Below are positions 54,756-64,000 of a DNA stretch of 64,000 bases, one piece after another. Position 1 is the stretch's first letter. Each line of letters starts with the position of its first letter. The stretch comes from Candidatus Nomurabacteria bacterium RIFCSPLOWO2_01_FULL_42_17. Its GTDB lineage: Bacteria; Patescibacteriota; Minisyncoccia; Phycocordibacterales; UBA9973. The position numbers were made by a program, and so were the translations under genes. The stretch is from NCBI GenBank assembly GCA_001785985.1, contig MFVE01000002.1, positions 28,600 through 92,599 on the forward strand, given 5' to 3'. Below the pieces are notes generated by a model. That model did not search any database. It was given only the letters and a program-made list of their open reading frames with translations, and had not been told where the DNA came from.

Positions 54756-55394
54756 TTAAATAAATCCGTACTCCCGAAAAATCTGCTCATACAAAGCGAT
54801 CACTCTTTTGGCTTCGTGCTGTGAAAGCTGAAAAGAGGCACCTTCGTGAGCTATCCTATTTCGAATGGTATGCACTTCCCACGCAGACGTAAGGCTGTGA
54901 AATTTTTCAGTAGTAGCGGCAGATTTCAGTTTATCGCCCAAAGTTTCGCCCGCAAATCCTAATTGGCTCATCAAATCGTCGAGCATCGAATCAGCTTCAA
55001 TGATCGCGAGCTTCCAATCGCTGATGTGTTGCGAAAAAATATAACCGAGAGTCTTTACCCATCTTTCATTTTTAGACACTCCCTCCCCTTCTTGGAGTTT
55101 TTTCTCTCGCTCGGCCTGATGATGCGCATATTCAGCGATCTCGTGCTCTAGATGTTTTTTCTCCTTACTTCTAATCTCAAACATTCGAACCGCGCAATAA
55201 GAAATCAACGTCAGAAAAAATAATGCAAGAAAGAAAAGAACAGTATGGAAAAGAGATAATATTTGCGGCCAATTAGAAATATTAAAATTGGAAAGACTCT
55301 GAAAAAAAGAGACGCCTTGATTGAATAAATAGTCCGGATTAAACCATTTGGAACCCAAAAATGAATCTCCGAAAATATTACTTGATGAATCCAT
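54756..55394 (-). CDS. Membrane-anchored hypothetical protein
   Basis: TM, WKLAIIEAD, GETLGDKLK, AWEVH..RNRIAH (RxxxxH, HEPN-like). Confidence 0.7.
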   Translation of the reverse strand: MDSSSNIFGDSFLGSKWFNPDYLFNQGVSFFQSLSNFNISNWPQILSLFHTVLFFLALFFLTLISYCAVRMFEIRSKEKKHLEHEIAEYAHHQAEREKKLQEGEGVSKNERWVKTLGYIFSQHISDWKLAIIEADSMLDDLMSQLGFAGETLGDKLKSAATTEKFHSLTSAWEVHTIRNRIAHEGASFQLSQHEAKRVIALYEQIFREYGFI

Positions 55395-55419
55395 ATAAAA
55401 ATTATACCACGATTTTCAT

Positions 55420-56832
55420 TTATTTTATCGCCTCAAAACGCTTCCCGATTTCAAAAAGAGAACTCTCGCAAAAATAAGGCGCCATAAACTGAATAGAAAA
55501 TGGCAAACCGTCTTTTGATGTCCCCGATGGTAAAGCAATAGAAGGAACGCCAGTTAAATTTGCTGGCGCAGAAAAGATATCACACAAATACATCGCCACT
55601 GGATCATCTAATTTTTCTCCTAACTTAAAAGGAAGCACTGGTACAGTTGGAGTAAGAATATAATCAACCTTTTTAAAAGCATTAAAAATTTCTTCTCTTA
55701 TTTTTTCTCGCACGTTCAAAGCTTTATTATAATAAGCGTCGTAGTATCCATGAGATAGAACATAAGTACCAAGCAAAATTCTGCGACGAGCCTCTTTACC
55801 AAAACCACCTCCTCTGCTTTTCTTATACACATCCATCAAACTCTCTCCTTTCACACTATAGCCATAACGTATTCCATCAAAACGTGCCAAATTCGTAGAA
55901 ACTTCGGCAGGCATAATAATATAATAAACAGCTAAAGAATATTTACAATATGGAAGTTCTATATCTACAATTTCATATCCGGCTTTTTTAAATTTTCCTA
56001 AAGATTGCTTAAAATTTTCTTGAACTTCACTATCTACACCTTCTTTAAATAAATGCCAAGGAACACCAATCTTTTTACCACCTAAAACATGATTCCTTAA
56101 ATTATCTGGCACAGAAGTGCTATCTTCTTTATCATATCTAGATAAGAAATTAAATATTATCTCTGCATCTCTTACATTTTTACCAAAAGGTCCCACTTGA
56201 TCAAGTGAATTACCCATAGGAATAACTCCTTGTCTAGAGATTGCGCCATAAGTAGACCTCAACCCAACTAATCCACAAAATGCTGATGGCTCTCGTACAG
56301 AACCACAGGTTTCAGTGCCCAAAGCAGCCAAGGCCATACCTCCAGCGAGAGCTGCTGCCGAACCGCCAGAAGAACCTCCAGGCACTCTAGATAAATCAAT
56401 AGGATTACGTGTAACACCATAGGCTGATGTCTGTGTAGAAGAACCCATTGCAAATTCATCCATATTGGTCCTACCTAAAAAAACAGCTCCAACTTTTTTT
56501 AGATCTTTTATCACTGTAGCGTCATAGGAGGCCTTATAATTTTCCAAAATTTTTGAGCCTGCAGAAGATATTTTACCTTTAATTAAGATAATATCTTTTA
56601 TGGCAAATGGAATACCAGTCAACTCTGATGCTACCCCATTTTTAAACATTTCTTGAGCAATATCGGCTTGTTTTAATACATCATCATAAATTTCCAAATA
56701 TGCATTTATTTCAGGATTTTTTTCTTTAATAACTTTCAAATATTCCCCTGCTAATTCACGACAAGAGTATTTACCACTTTTAAAATCTTGATGCGCTTTT
56801 TCTATTGTTAAATTTTTTAAATCTATCTTCAT
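55420..56832 (-). CDS. gatA: Asp/Glu-tRNA amidotransferase subunit A
   Basis: AIKD, NMDEFAMGSS, PGGSSGGSAA, RRILLG. Confidence 0.96.
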   Translation of the reverse strand: MKIDLKNLTIEKAHQDFKSGKYSCRELAGEYLKVIKEKNPEINAYLEIYDDVLKQADIAQEMFKNGVASELTGIPFAIKDIILIKGKISSAGSKILENYKASYDATVIKDLKKVGAVFLGRTNMDEFAMGSSTQTSAYGVTRNPIDLSRVPGGSSGGSAAALAGGMALAALGTETCGSVREPSAFCGLVGLRSTYGAISRQGVIPMGNSLDQVGPFGKNVRDAEIIFNFLSRYDKEDSTSVPDNLRNHVLGGKKIGVPWHLFKEGVDSEVQENFKQSLGKFKKAGYEIVDIELPYCKYSLAVYYIIMPAEVSTNLARFDGIRYGYSVKGESLMDVYKKSRGGGFGKEARRRILLGTYVLSHGYYDAYYNKALNVREKIREEIFNAFKKVDYILTPTVPVLPFKLGEKLDDPVAMYLCDIFSAPANLTGVPSIALPSGTSKDGLPFSIQFMAPYFCESSLFEIGKRFEAIK

Positions 56833-57101
56833 AATATTTTTTTCACTTTCACAAAGCCATCCTGAGCGTCCGGAAACTGCCCGATAATCAGCTCCTTGGA
56901 AAATTCTCTAGGCTCCAACACATCCTCCCGCCAAATATTTGTGAGGCTATATTCCGCCTTTACATCATCTACTTTTACTCCCTCGATCTGCTTGACGTAC
57001 TCCAAAATACCCTCCATATCCTTCAACATGGCCTTCTTTTCATCTTCTCCCAGCTCGATTCTGGCTAGATTGGCTAAATTCTCGACGTCCTTGATATCCA
57101 T
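56829..57101 (-). CDS. gatC: Asp/Glu-tRNA amidotransferase subunit C
   Basis: LANLARIEL, ILEYV, WRED; adjacent to gatA. Confidence 0.92.
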   Translation of the reverse strand: MDIKDVENLANLARIELGEDEKKAMLKDMEGILEYVKQIEGVKVDDVKAEYSLTNIWREDVLEPREFSKELIIGQFPDAQDGFVKVKKIL

Positions 57102-57126
57102 ATGATAACAGTATACATCAACACTT

Positions 57127-58017
57127 CTATCCAATCAAAGCTTTGACTCGCTCTTCTACCGGCGGATGCGTAGCAAAAAGGCCCAAAAAGACTTTGGTTT
57201 TTCTGCCGAAACCCACCCCTTTTGGATCAGCGATGTAGAGATGCGCGATGGCATTCGATTGGCGCGCCATGGGTTTGCTATATTGAGAGATTTTACGCAG
57301 AGCATTTGCCAAACCTTCCGGATAGCGAGTGAGCAGAGCCCCAGAAGCATCTGCTAAAAATTCACGCTTTCTAGAGATAGCCAGTTGAATAAGTATTGCA
57401 AAAATCGGCGCTAAGATTGAAAGAATAATCCCCACAAGCATGAGTACCCCCGCGGCCTTATTATCGCTGTCTCTCCTGCCGAAAAATAAATGTCTGGTAA
57501 AAATGTCTGCGACGATAGTGACAAAGCCCACCAGCACGACAACTACGGTCGAGAGCAGCATGTCGCGATTGCCAATATGCGATAGCTCGTGCGCGATGAC
57601 GCCCTCTAATTCATTTTTATTCAAAATCGCCAAAAGCCCCGTAGTTGCGCAGACCACCGCGTGATTTTTATCTCGGCCAGTAGCAAAAGCGTTCGGCGCT
57701 TGATCTAACACGACGTATATTTTCGGCATTGGCAATCCCGCAGTGATAGAAAGATTTTCCACACTGGTATACAAGTCAAAATATTCTTCTCTCTTTGCTT
57801 CTTTTGCCCCAGAGAGCTTCAAGACGATCTTGTCCGAATACCAATAGGAAAAAAAATTCATCAAAACGCTAAAAATCACAAAGAAATACAATATATTCGG
57901 ATTGTTGTAATAAAAACTAAAAAACCAGCCGAAAAGAATTACCACCACAAAAAACACCGTCATGAGCATCCATGTTTTTGTGACATTTTTAGATTGATGC
58001 GTATAAAGCGTCGCCAT
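57127..58017 (-). CDS. htpX: Zinc metalloprotease HtpX
   Basis: PNAFATG, HELSH, SRKREFLAD, FATHPP. Confidence 0.94.
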   Translation of the reverse strand: MATLYTHQSKNVTKTWMLMTVFFVVVILFGWFFSFYYNNPNILYFFVIFSVLMNFFSYWYSDKIVLKLSGAKEAKREEYFDLYTSVENLSITAGLPMPKIYVVLDQAPNAFATGRDKNHAVVCATTGLLAILNKNELEGVIAHELSHIGNRDMLLSTVVVVLVGFVTIVADIFTRHLFFGRRDSDNKAAGVLMLVGIILSILAPIFAILIQLAISRKREFLADASGALLTRYPEGLANALRKISQYSKPMARQSNAIAHLYIADPKGVGFGRKTKVFLGLFATHPPVEERVKALIG

Positions 58018-58023
58018 GAATAC

Positions 58024-58950
58024 TTATTGAGACTGCATTCTATTATAACTCGTGATGACAGAGTCAATATAGGATCCGCTGCAGCCGAGATTTTGAATTT
58101 TATTTTTCTCCAAATTATTTTCTACAAAAACTCCGAGACTGCCGTAAAAGTGTATCTGGCTCGCGTATTTAACCGGATTGTCTTTGCTCGGGGCAGTAAA
58201 CGTTGGAGGGTTTTTACTTTCATCTATCGCCTTGACGATATTCACAGGACAAGAAATAGACTGGCCGGCCAATTTCTTGCCTGCTCTATCAAATAGAGTG
58301 CTGTCCAATCCATACGACAATTTAAAATTGCAAGTCTCCCCGGTTTTAATAATTTGGAAGACATCTGGAAATAGATCACTTTTCAAAACAGCTTTAGCAT
58401 TTTCGCAAGATAAAGCGCTAGTGCCTAGACAATTTAACACAGAAATATGACTTATTGTAGTTGTGGCATTTTTTAGGTCCGGCGCCGTGCTAGTCCCGCA
58501 ATCCTTTGCGCTAGTTGCATCTGACGCGACTCCATTATTGCTATCTCCCGCGGTAGACGTATCTGCGGTCTCAGGTGTTTTTGGACTAAAATAAGAAGAA
58601 AACAAGCCCTTTATATTATCTACTCCACTATTCCAGAAACCGATGATCTGCGGTTGATAGAAATACCAAACGACTAAACAAATCAAAGCTACGATAATAA
58701 AAATTAAATTTTCAGAAGTTTTTCTGGATAATTTTTTCTCACTTTTTACCTCTGGATTAATAGTGTATTGATTAGTCGCGCTTGGAGCGACAAAATTCTG
58801 CATTGGAATTGCCATTCTGAATCCTTCATTCAAGTCCACTTCGCTCCACCCCCCGTTTCTGACTAATTCGGCGCGAATATCCTCGCGCGTGCGACCTTTC
58901 GCAAACTCCCCTTTTATATATCCTATAAGTTCTGGTGTGATCATAAACAA
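58024..58950 (-). CDS. Hypothetical single-TM protein
   Basis: N-terminal small helical domain, TM, Cys-containing external domain. Confidence 0.6.
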   Translation of the reverse strand: MFMITPELIGYIKGEFAKGRTREDIRAELVRNGGWSEVDLNEGFRMAIPMQNFVAPSATNQYTINPEVKSEKKLSRKTSENLIFIIVALICLVVWYFYQPQIIGFWNSGVDNIKGLFSSYFSPKTPETADTSTAGDSNNGVASDATSAKDCGTSTAPDLKNATTTISHISVLNCLGTSALSCENAKAVLKSDLFPDVFQIIKTGETCNFKLSYGLDSTLFDRAGKKLAGQSISCPVNIVKAIDESKNPPTFTAPSKDNPVKYASQIHFYGSLGVFVENNLEKNKIQNLGCSGSYIDSVITSYNRMQSQ

Positions 58951-58975
58951 AAAAAATTTCTATTAATAAATTCGA

Positions 58976-59527
58976 CTAAAACTTTACTTCCACTGGATTT
59001 TGAGCGACATCATTGTCCGCCAAATCAAAAAATTCTTTTTTGGTAAATCCAAAAATCCCAGCTAAAATATTCGAGGGAAAAGACTCAATCTTAATATTCA
59101 AGTCGCGCACATTGCTGTTGTAAAATCTGCGCGCAGCCTGGATTTTATTTTCTGTATCAGAAAGCTCATTTTGCAGAGCCAAGAAATTTTGATTAGCTTT
59201 AAGATCTGGATAAGCTTCGGCAATAGCAAAAATAGATTTTAATGCGCCAGTGAGCATATTTTCGGCTTCGGCATGTTCCTTTGTAGGGCCTTGCGCGCCC
59301 ATCGCCATGCTCCTGGCCTTGGTCACATTTTCAAAAGCGGAAGACTCGTGCTTGGCATATCCCTTGACTGAATTTACTAAATTTGGAATCAGATCGTATC
59401 GGCGTTTTAATTGCACTTCAATATCCGCCCAAGCCTCCCCCGCGCGAGTGCGCAAAGTAATAAAGCCATTATAGATAATAATCGCCCACAGAATGAGAAC
59501 CCCTAAGACTATCAAAATGTATATCAT
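58976..59527 (-). CDS. lemA: LemA family protein
   Basis: QLKRRYDLIPNLV, EAYPDLKAN, ARRFYN. Confidence 0.95.
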   Translation of the reverse strand: MIYILIVLGVLILWAIIIYNGFITLRTRAGEAWADIEVQLKRRYDLIPNLVNSVKGYAKHESSAFENVTKARSMAMGAQGPTKEHAEAENMLTGALKSIFAIAEAYPDLKANQNFLALQNELSDTENKIQAARRFYNSNVRDLNIKIESFPSNILAGIFGFTKKEFFDLADNDVAQNPVEVKF

Positions 59528-59547
59528 GAGTATATTGTACTACAAAT

Positions 59548-60570
59548 TTATTTAATTTCCATACCAGTCATTAAATTGCTAAAAAGGTACATAAAGTCAG
59601 TAGAATTCGCCGGAGCTTTTATTTCCACTGGGCTAGCACCGTCAATGATCACAGATAGATCCATAGTCCCAGTATTTTTCCCCGTCTCATCAGATATTTC
59701 TATAGAAGACTTCACTTGAATTGGAAGATAATTCTCCTTATGAACAAGCAATTCAATATTATGAATATCGATCATTTGGAGAGCATCTTCGATTCCGGCT
59801 GCGATCTCTAAAGCATCAACTTTCTGACCCTCTCCAGCATTTTTGACTATAACGCCCAAAAGCTCTGTCAGCATATTTTTCAATTCTGTTTTTTCTAAAG
59901 TTATACTGAAACGATAGGACGGAGATCCTTCTATTTGTCCATCCCCAAGTTTTTTAATGCGTGCTGCATTTTCATATTTTTCTACAATAGCCAGCTGCTC
60001 TTGCCTCTCTTCTTTGGAAACATTGGGAATTCCTCCTTGCTCTACTGCTTTTAATATGTCATCACTTTCCGTTCCACCAAGGTTCTTAACTAATGCTTTT
60101 AAATCCATTCTCCACCATTTTCCTTTTATAGAAGAAAGATCCATCGGGAACCCACTTAATTCATTGAGTTTTACATACAAAAGCATATCCTTCGGCATGC
60201 TTATTACTTCGGCTGCAAATAAGACAGGATCGTTGGCGAAATCTTCCAATAAAATTCTTATATTGGAAAGATATGGTTTCGTGCCGCCCAGCAGAATGCC
60301 TGCATCAGTAGAAACTACCTGGTCCAGAGAAAAATGTATTTTAGGATACACTCCCGCCGGCAGATTGTTTAGAGCAGAGAGCTCATCATCTTTGACCGTG
60401 AAAATACCATCTACCCTTTCTCGGATAAATTCCTTGGAAGCAAGTTCTGCTGAAACTTTAGAAAATATTTCTTTAAACGAATCTGTACTTTTATTGTAGG
60501 AAAAAATACCCCCAGCCACGATCAAAATCCCCAGAACAACTACTATTATTTGCGCTTTATTTATATTCAT
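59548..60570 (-). CDS. Hypothetical exported protein
   Basis: N-terminal TM; KGKW..D and C-terminal PVEIKAP. Confidence 0.6.
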   Translation of the reverse strand: MNINKAQIIVVVLGILIVAGGIFSYNKSTDSFKEIFSKVSAELASKEFIRERVDGIFTVKDDELSALNNLPAGVYPKIHFSLDQVVSTDAGILLGGTKPYLSNIRILLEDFANDPVLFAAEVISMPKDMLLYVKLNELSGFPMDLSSIKGKWWRMDLKALVKNLGGTESDDILKAVEQGGIPNVSKEERQEQLAIVEKYENAARIKKLGDGQIEGSPSYRFSITLEKTELKNMLTELLGVIVKNAGEGQKVDALEIAAGIEDALQMIDIHNIELLVHKENYLPIQVKSSIEISDETGKNTGTMDLSVIIDGASPVEIKAPANSTDFMYLFSNLMTGMEIK

Positions 60571-60591
60571 AAATTTGTTAATTATATTATA

Positions 60592-61494
60592 TTATTTTCT
60601 ATCCTGCCATTCCTTGATCCAAACCAGCATCGGTGAAGCAAAGAAAAGCGATGAATAGATGCCGAAGAAAAGACCGATGGTCAGAATAAAGGCAAAATTC
60701 TTTGTCGTTTCCGGACCAAAGAAATAAAGCGGCACCAGTACGCCGATAATAGTGAGAGTAATGTTGATGGAACGGACGATGGTCTCCTTAGTGCTCTTGC
60801 CGACTGTTTCCGCAAAATCTTTTTGCTCTTCGTCTCGTAAATTTTCTCTGATCCGATCAAAAACGACGATCTTGTCATGAACAGACAAGCCTAAAATAGT
60901 CAGTAGCGCTAAAACGAAAAGCGTATCCACCTCCGCGCCCGTATAGTGAGACACCAAGGCAAAAATCCCAGTCGGAATGATGATGTCATGGAGAAGTGTG
61001 ATAATGGTGATGATTCCGTATTTCCACGATGGCACCGGTTTTGAGACTTTGCGAAAAGCGTAAGTGATAAAAAGAATAATCGCGATAATAACAAAAATCA
61101 TGGAAAGAATCGCTTTGCGCGCCAGTTCGCTCCCGACCGACGGACCGATAGAAGTATAGCTTTTCTCTGTGGCATTATATTTCCCCGCCTTTGACCAAAA
61201 TGCCAAAATCTTTTGATGTTCCTCTTCCGTTAGATCCCTAGTCTTGATGAGATATCCCAAGTAACCATCGCCTCCCGTGGGCTGAATGAGAGCCTGGTTG
61301 ATACCAAGAGAATTCAAACTATTCTGGACAGAATCGGCCTCCGGACGATCTCCTACGAAATCTAACTCTAGGAGTGCTCCCCCTTTAAAATCGATCCCGA
61401 GTTTTAAGCCGAAAGTAAAGATAAAAACGATAGAGACGATCATTAGGATGACCGAGAGGGCAAGGAATATTTTTTTGTATTTAACGATAAACAT
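60592..61494 (-). CDS. secF: Protein translocase SecF
   Basis: LGIDFKGG, IGPSVG, LLHD, VVFDRIRE. Confidence 0.96.
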   Translation of the reverse strand: MFIVKYKKIFLALSVILMIVSIVFIFTFGLKLGIDFKGGALLELDFVGDRPEADSVQNSLNSLGINQALIQPTGGDGYLGYLIKTRDLTEEEHQKILAFWSKAGKYNATEKSYTSIGPSVGSELARKAILSMIFVIIAIILFITYAFRKVSKPVPSWKYGIITIITLLHDIIIPTGIFALVSHYTGAEVDTLFVLALLTILGLSVHDKIVVFDRIRENLRDEEQKDFAETVGKSTKETIVRSINITLTIIGVLVPLYFFGPETTKNFAFILTIGLFFGIYSSLFFASPMLVWIKEWQDRK

Positions 61495-61532
61495 GGTTTA
61501 GTGGAAAGTTATAAAGTTCATAAAGTTGAAAG

Positions 61533-62894
61533 TCATTTTGAAAAGCCGGAACTGAATAAAAATCGGGTTAATTTATTGCTCTTCTTAATGCCCAAAGCGA
61601 AAAGGAAAATTCGAGAAACGGTAATCGCCGAGAACATTGAAACCAAAACACCCAAGCCAAAAGTCAGCGCAAATCCCTTGATAAGTGGCGTGCCCAGCCA
61701 AAACAGAATAATAGAGGTGATGATACTGGAGGTGTTTGAATCCCGCACAGATGTCCAAGCTCTCTTGAAACCATCATGGATGCCATCGTGAATATTGTGT
61801 CCTTTTCTTATTTCTTCTTTCATTCTTTCGAAAATAAGCACATTCGCATCCACCGCCATTCCGAGAGATATGATAAATCCGCCGATACCGGCCGCGGTCA
61901 AAGTTACCGGCAGAATTTTGAAAATAGCTAGAAGGATCGCGGTGTAAAATGAGAGCGCCACGACTGCGATCAGTCCAGGCAATCGATACCAGACAATGAG
62001 GAAGATAGCCACCAATATGAATCCGATGACAGCTGCTTTCACTCCAGCCCGGACAGCCGACTCTCCGAGAGTGGCTCCGATAGTCTGAGTGGAGAGCAGG
62101 GTGATCGGCACCGGCAAAGCGCCTGAATTTAATCTGCCCACCAAGAGTTTCGCTTCCTTGGGAGTAAAGTCCCCCGAGATCACTGCCTGCCCGCCGGTGA
62201 TTTCTTCACGAACTATCGGAGTAGATACCGGCGCACCGTCTAAATAAATCGCTACTGTTTTGCCGATGCTGCTTCTGGTGATCTCTGCAAAAAGTTTTGT
62301 GCCCGTTTCATCAAATTGCAAACTTACTATCGGCTCGCGAGTATTTGGATCAAATTCTAAAGTCGCTCTCTTTAAATATCGGCCAGTAAGTTCGGTAGCA
62401 ATAAATTGAGGACCGATGTCTACATTTACCTTGCCATCTTTAATTGTCGCCTTTTGCGGAGCTCCCGTAGGTGCCTCTATCTTAAATTCCAAGACTGGAG
62501 TCTGCCCAATCATTTCCACCGCTTTTTTTACATCAGTCACTCCAGGCAAATCAACAATGAGCTGCTCGCCCCCACCGGAGATGATACTGCCATGCTGCAC
62601 CTGAACCACCGGCTCGGAAACTCCGAAAAGATTCACTCTGCGTTCTATCACATCCCGAAGTGCATCCATCGAACTTCCCACTTCATTTGCCGGGATAGCG
62701 CTGACATCAGCTTTGTAGATCAAATGACTACCCCCAGACAGATCCAAGCCCAAGCGAAAAGGAAATTTCTTCCAGAAAGCGCCTTGAGTCTCAAAATTTT
62801 TATTCAATTTGGGCTCGGTCTTAAAAACAAAAAAAGCTACCCCCGAGCCTAAAATTAAAATTATTAAAGCCAGTATAACTCTCTTTTTTAACAT
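61533..62894 (-). CDS. secD: Protein translocase SecD
   Basis: LGLDLSGG, SGALP, GMAVDANVLIFER. Confidence 0.96.
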   Translation of the reverse strand: MLKKRVILALIILILGSGVAFFVFKTEPKLNKNFETQGAFWKKFPFRLGLDLSGGSHLIYKADVSAIPANEVGSSMDALRDVIERRVNLFGVSEPVVQVQHGSIISGGGEQLIVDLPGVTDVKKAVEMIGQTPVLEFKIEAPTGAPQKATIKDGKVNVDIGPQFIATELTGRYLKRATLEFDPNTREPIVSLQFDETGTKLFAEITRSSIGKTVAIYLDGAPVSTPIVREEITGGQAVISGDFTPKEAKLLVGRLNSGALPVPITLLSTQTIGATLGESAVRAGVKAAVIGFILVAIFLIVWYRLPGLIAVVALSFYTAILLAIFKILPVTLTAAGIGGFIISLGMAVDANVLIFERMKEEIRKGHNIHDGIHDGFKRAWTSVRDSNTSSIITSIILFWLGTPLIKGFALTFGLGVLVSMFSAITVSRIFLFALGIKKSNKLTRFLFSSGFSK

Positions 62895-62986
62895 AAATAT
62901 ACAGCTATACTATCTGTTTTTGCTCAAATATGCAACCAGATAAGCACAACAACTAGGCCTTGCCTAGAATCTAGCTATATTAGAAT

Positions 62987-63271
62987 TTATTGTTGTTTTC
63001 TAAGTAAACCACTATTGATCCACTCAGAGTGATCTTTAAATTCTTCCCCATCCCATCTAACTAGAAGCTCAAGACCTTTTGTTTCTAAAACAGTTCCTGC
63101 TACTCCCATTGTTTTTAAACCACCACTATCAGTGCGTTTAACTTTGTCTCCTGTTTTTATAAACTCTGGAGGCCTCCCACCCTGAGGAAAAGGTCTAGGG
63201 TCAAAATTTATTCCCTCTCCCATTTTTCTAGTTGAACGAGGTAGCGGTTCACCCATATTTTCTTTAGACAT
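62987..63271 (-). CDS. Small hypothetical protein (SH3-like)
   Basis: KTGDKV...GTV...LVRWD. Confidence 0.5.
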   Translation of the reverse strand: MSKENMGEPLPRSTRKMGEGINFDPRPFPQGGRPPEFIKTGDKVKRTDSGGLKTMGVAGTVLETKGLELLVRWDGEEFKDHSEWINSGLLRKQQ

Positions 63272-63321
63272 ATCTATATAATACTCCTCTATCAAACACT
63301 GTCAACATATCCGCAATACCA

Positions 63322-63418
63322 CCTCATCCCCTACCCCTTCTCCTGGAAAGGAGAAGGGGTTATTGCACGATATCTGGAAACTTCGCCCTCTCCTTTCCAG
63401 GAGAGGGTTGGGGTGAGG
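63322..63418. repeat. Inverted pair of CCCTCTCC/GGAGAGGG palindromes at the DUF559 3' end
   Basis: 63322-63360 and 63386-63418. Confidence 0.8.
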
Positions 63419-63767
63419 CTCTTTTTAATTCAATTAAAATTTTATGAATTACCAGAGTTATATTTTTGTTAACTTCATTATTCCAAAATCTCAAGGTTTT
63501 AATTCCTAGAACCTTAAACAACTCAGCACGTTCCTTGTCATATTCCTTATTATCCAAATGCTGTGAACCATCGAGCTCGATAACCAGTAATTTTTCGCGA
63601 CAATAAAAGTCGGCAATATAATTTCCTATACTGACTTGCCTCCTCCATTTATATCCTATTTGATTATTTCTTAATTTTGACCAAAGTAAAATTTCTTCTT
63701 TTGTTTGTTTCTTCCGGAGAGTCCTGCGAATTTCTTTCTTATGTAAATTATTTACAATTCTTGGCAT
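63360..63767 (-). CDS. DUF559 / Vsr-like endonuclease
   Basis: LWSKLR, WRRQ..IG.YIADF, IELDGSQH, LRFWN. Confidence 0.92.
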   Translation of the reverse strand: MPRIVNNLHKKEIRRTLRKKQTKEEILLWSKLRNNQIGYKWRRQVSIGNYIADFYCREKLLVIELDGSQHLDNKEYDKERAELFKVLGIKTLRFWNNEVNKNITLVIHKILIELKRASPQPSPGKERAKFPDIVQ

Positions 63768-63779
63768 CTTCGTATTTTG

Positions 63780-63815
63780 CCCCTCGCCTTTCCAGGAGAG
63801 GGGTCAGGGGTGAGG
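63780..63815. repeat. Palindrome at the DUF559 5' end
   Basis: CCCCTCGCCTTTCCAGGAGAGGGGTCAGGGGTGAGG. Confidence 0.8.
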
Positions 63816-63822
63816 TTACTAA

Positions 63823-64000
63823 TTAAAACTTAGAAACAATCTCGTCAACAACATCTGCGAGTGGACGGTCAGTGTTTATGGAAATGGCACCCTTGTTTAA
63901 TATATCTTTTTCGAAATCTTTATACCAACCTAATATCATCTCTTTTTCTGAATTATGCTTCCCAAAATCATGGCTCGTTCTTTCTGTAATTCTTTTAATA
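63823..64000 (-). CDS. C-terminal fragment of a probable P-loop kinase-like protein (runs off window)
   Basis: ...RITERTSHDFGK...INTDRPLADVVDEI*. Confidence 0.5.
   Translation of the reverse strand, partial: IKRITERTSHDFGKHNSEKEMILGWYKDFEKDILNKGAISINTDRPLADVVDEIVSKF

Noticed and set aside
61533-62894. Alternative genetic code (UGA read as Gly)
   Set aside because: secD and other genes end at TGA, and long genes are intact under code 11

Overview
Bacterial chromosomal segment, low-to-moderate GC, standard genetic code (TGA used as stop). Gene content and layout point to Patescibacteria/CPR, probably Parcubacteria (inference). Housekeeping genes: gap (partial), dnaE, pth, lepB, hisS, def, fmt, hpf, msrAB, secG/D/F, rnj, pyrG, ftsEX, prfB, gatCA, htpX, lemA. 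Metabolic modules: GH130/PMI/PMM mannose cluster, arginine-to-homospermidine polyamine genes, and otsAB, where OtsA carries a membrane sensor-like N-terminus. There are two type II TA pairs, RNase P RNA and 8 tRNA genes. The most unusual region is 49.7-54.8 kb. It holds tRNA-Asp(GUC) and initiator tRNA-Met, each split by an ORF-less group I intron. A free-standing two-motif LAGLIDADG endonuclease overlaps the tRNA-Asp 5' end, and its promoter contains a copy of the spliced anticodon-loop sequence. Downstream of tRNA-Asp are a duplicated and inverted tRNA 3' end and an array of single-gene cassettes separated by a degenerate att-like repeat. Three different nuclease-fold genes (RAYT, Cas2-like, DUF559) are each bracketed by their own palindromes, and similar palindromes sit in frame inside essential genes. 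All calls come from reading the sequence; no database searches were run.
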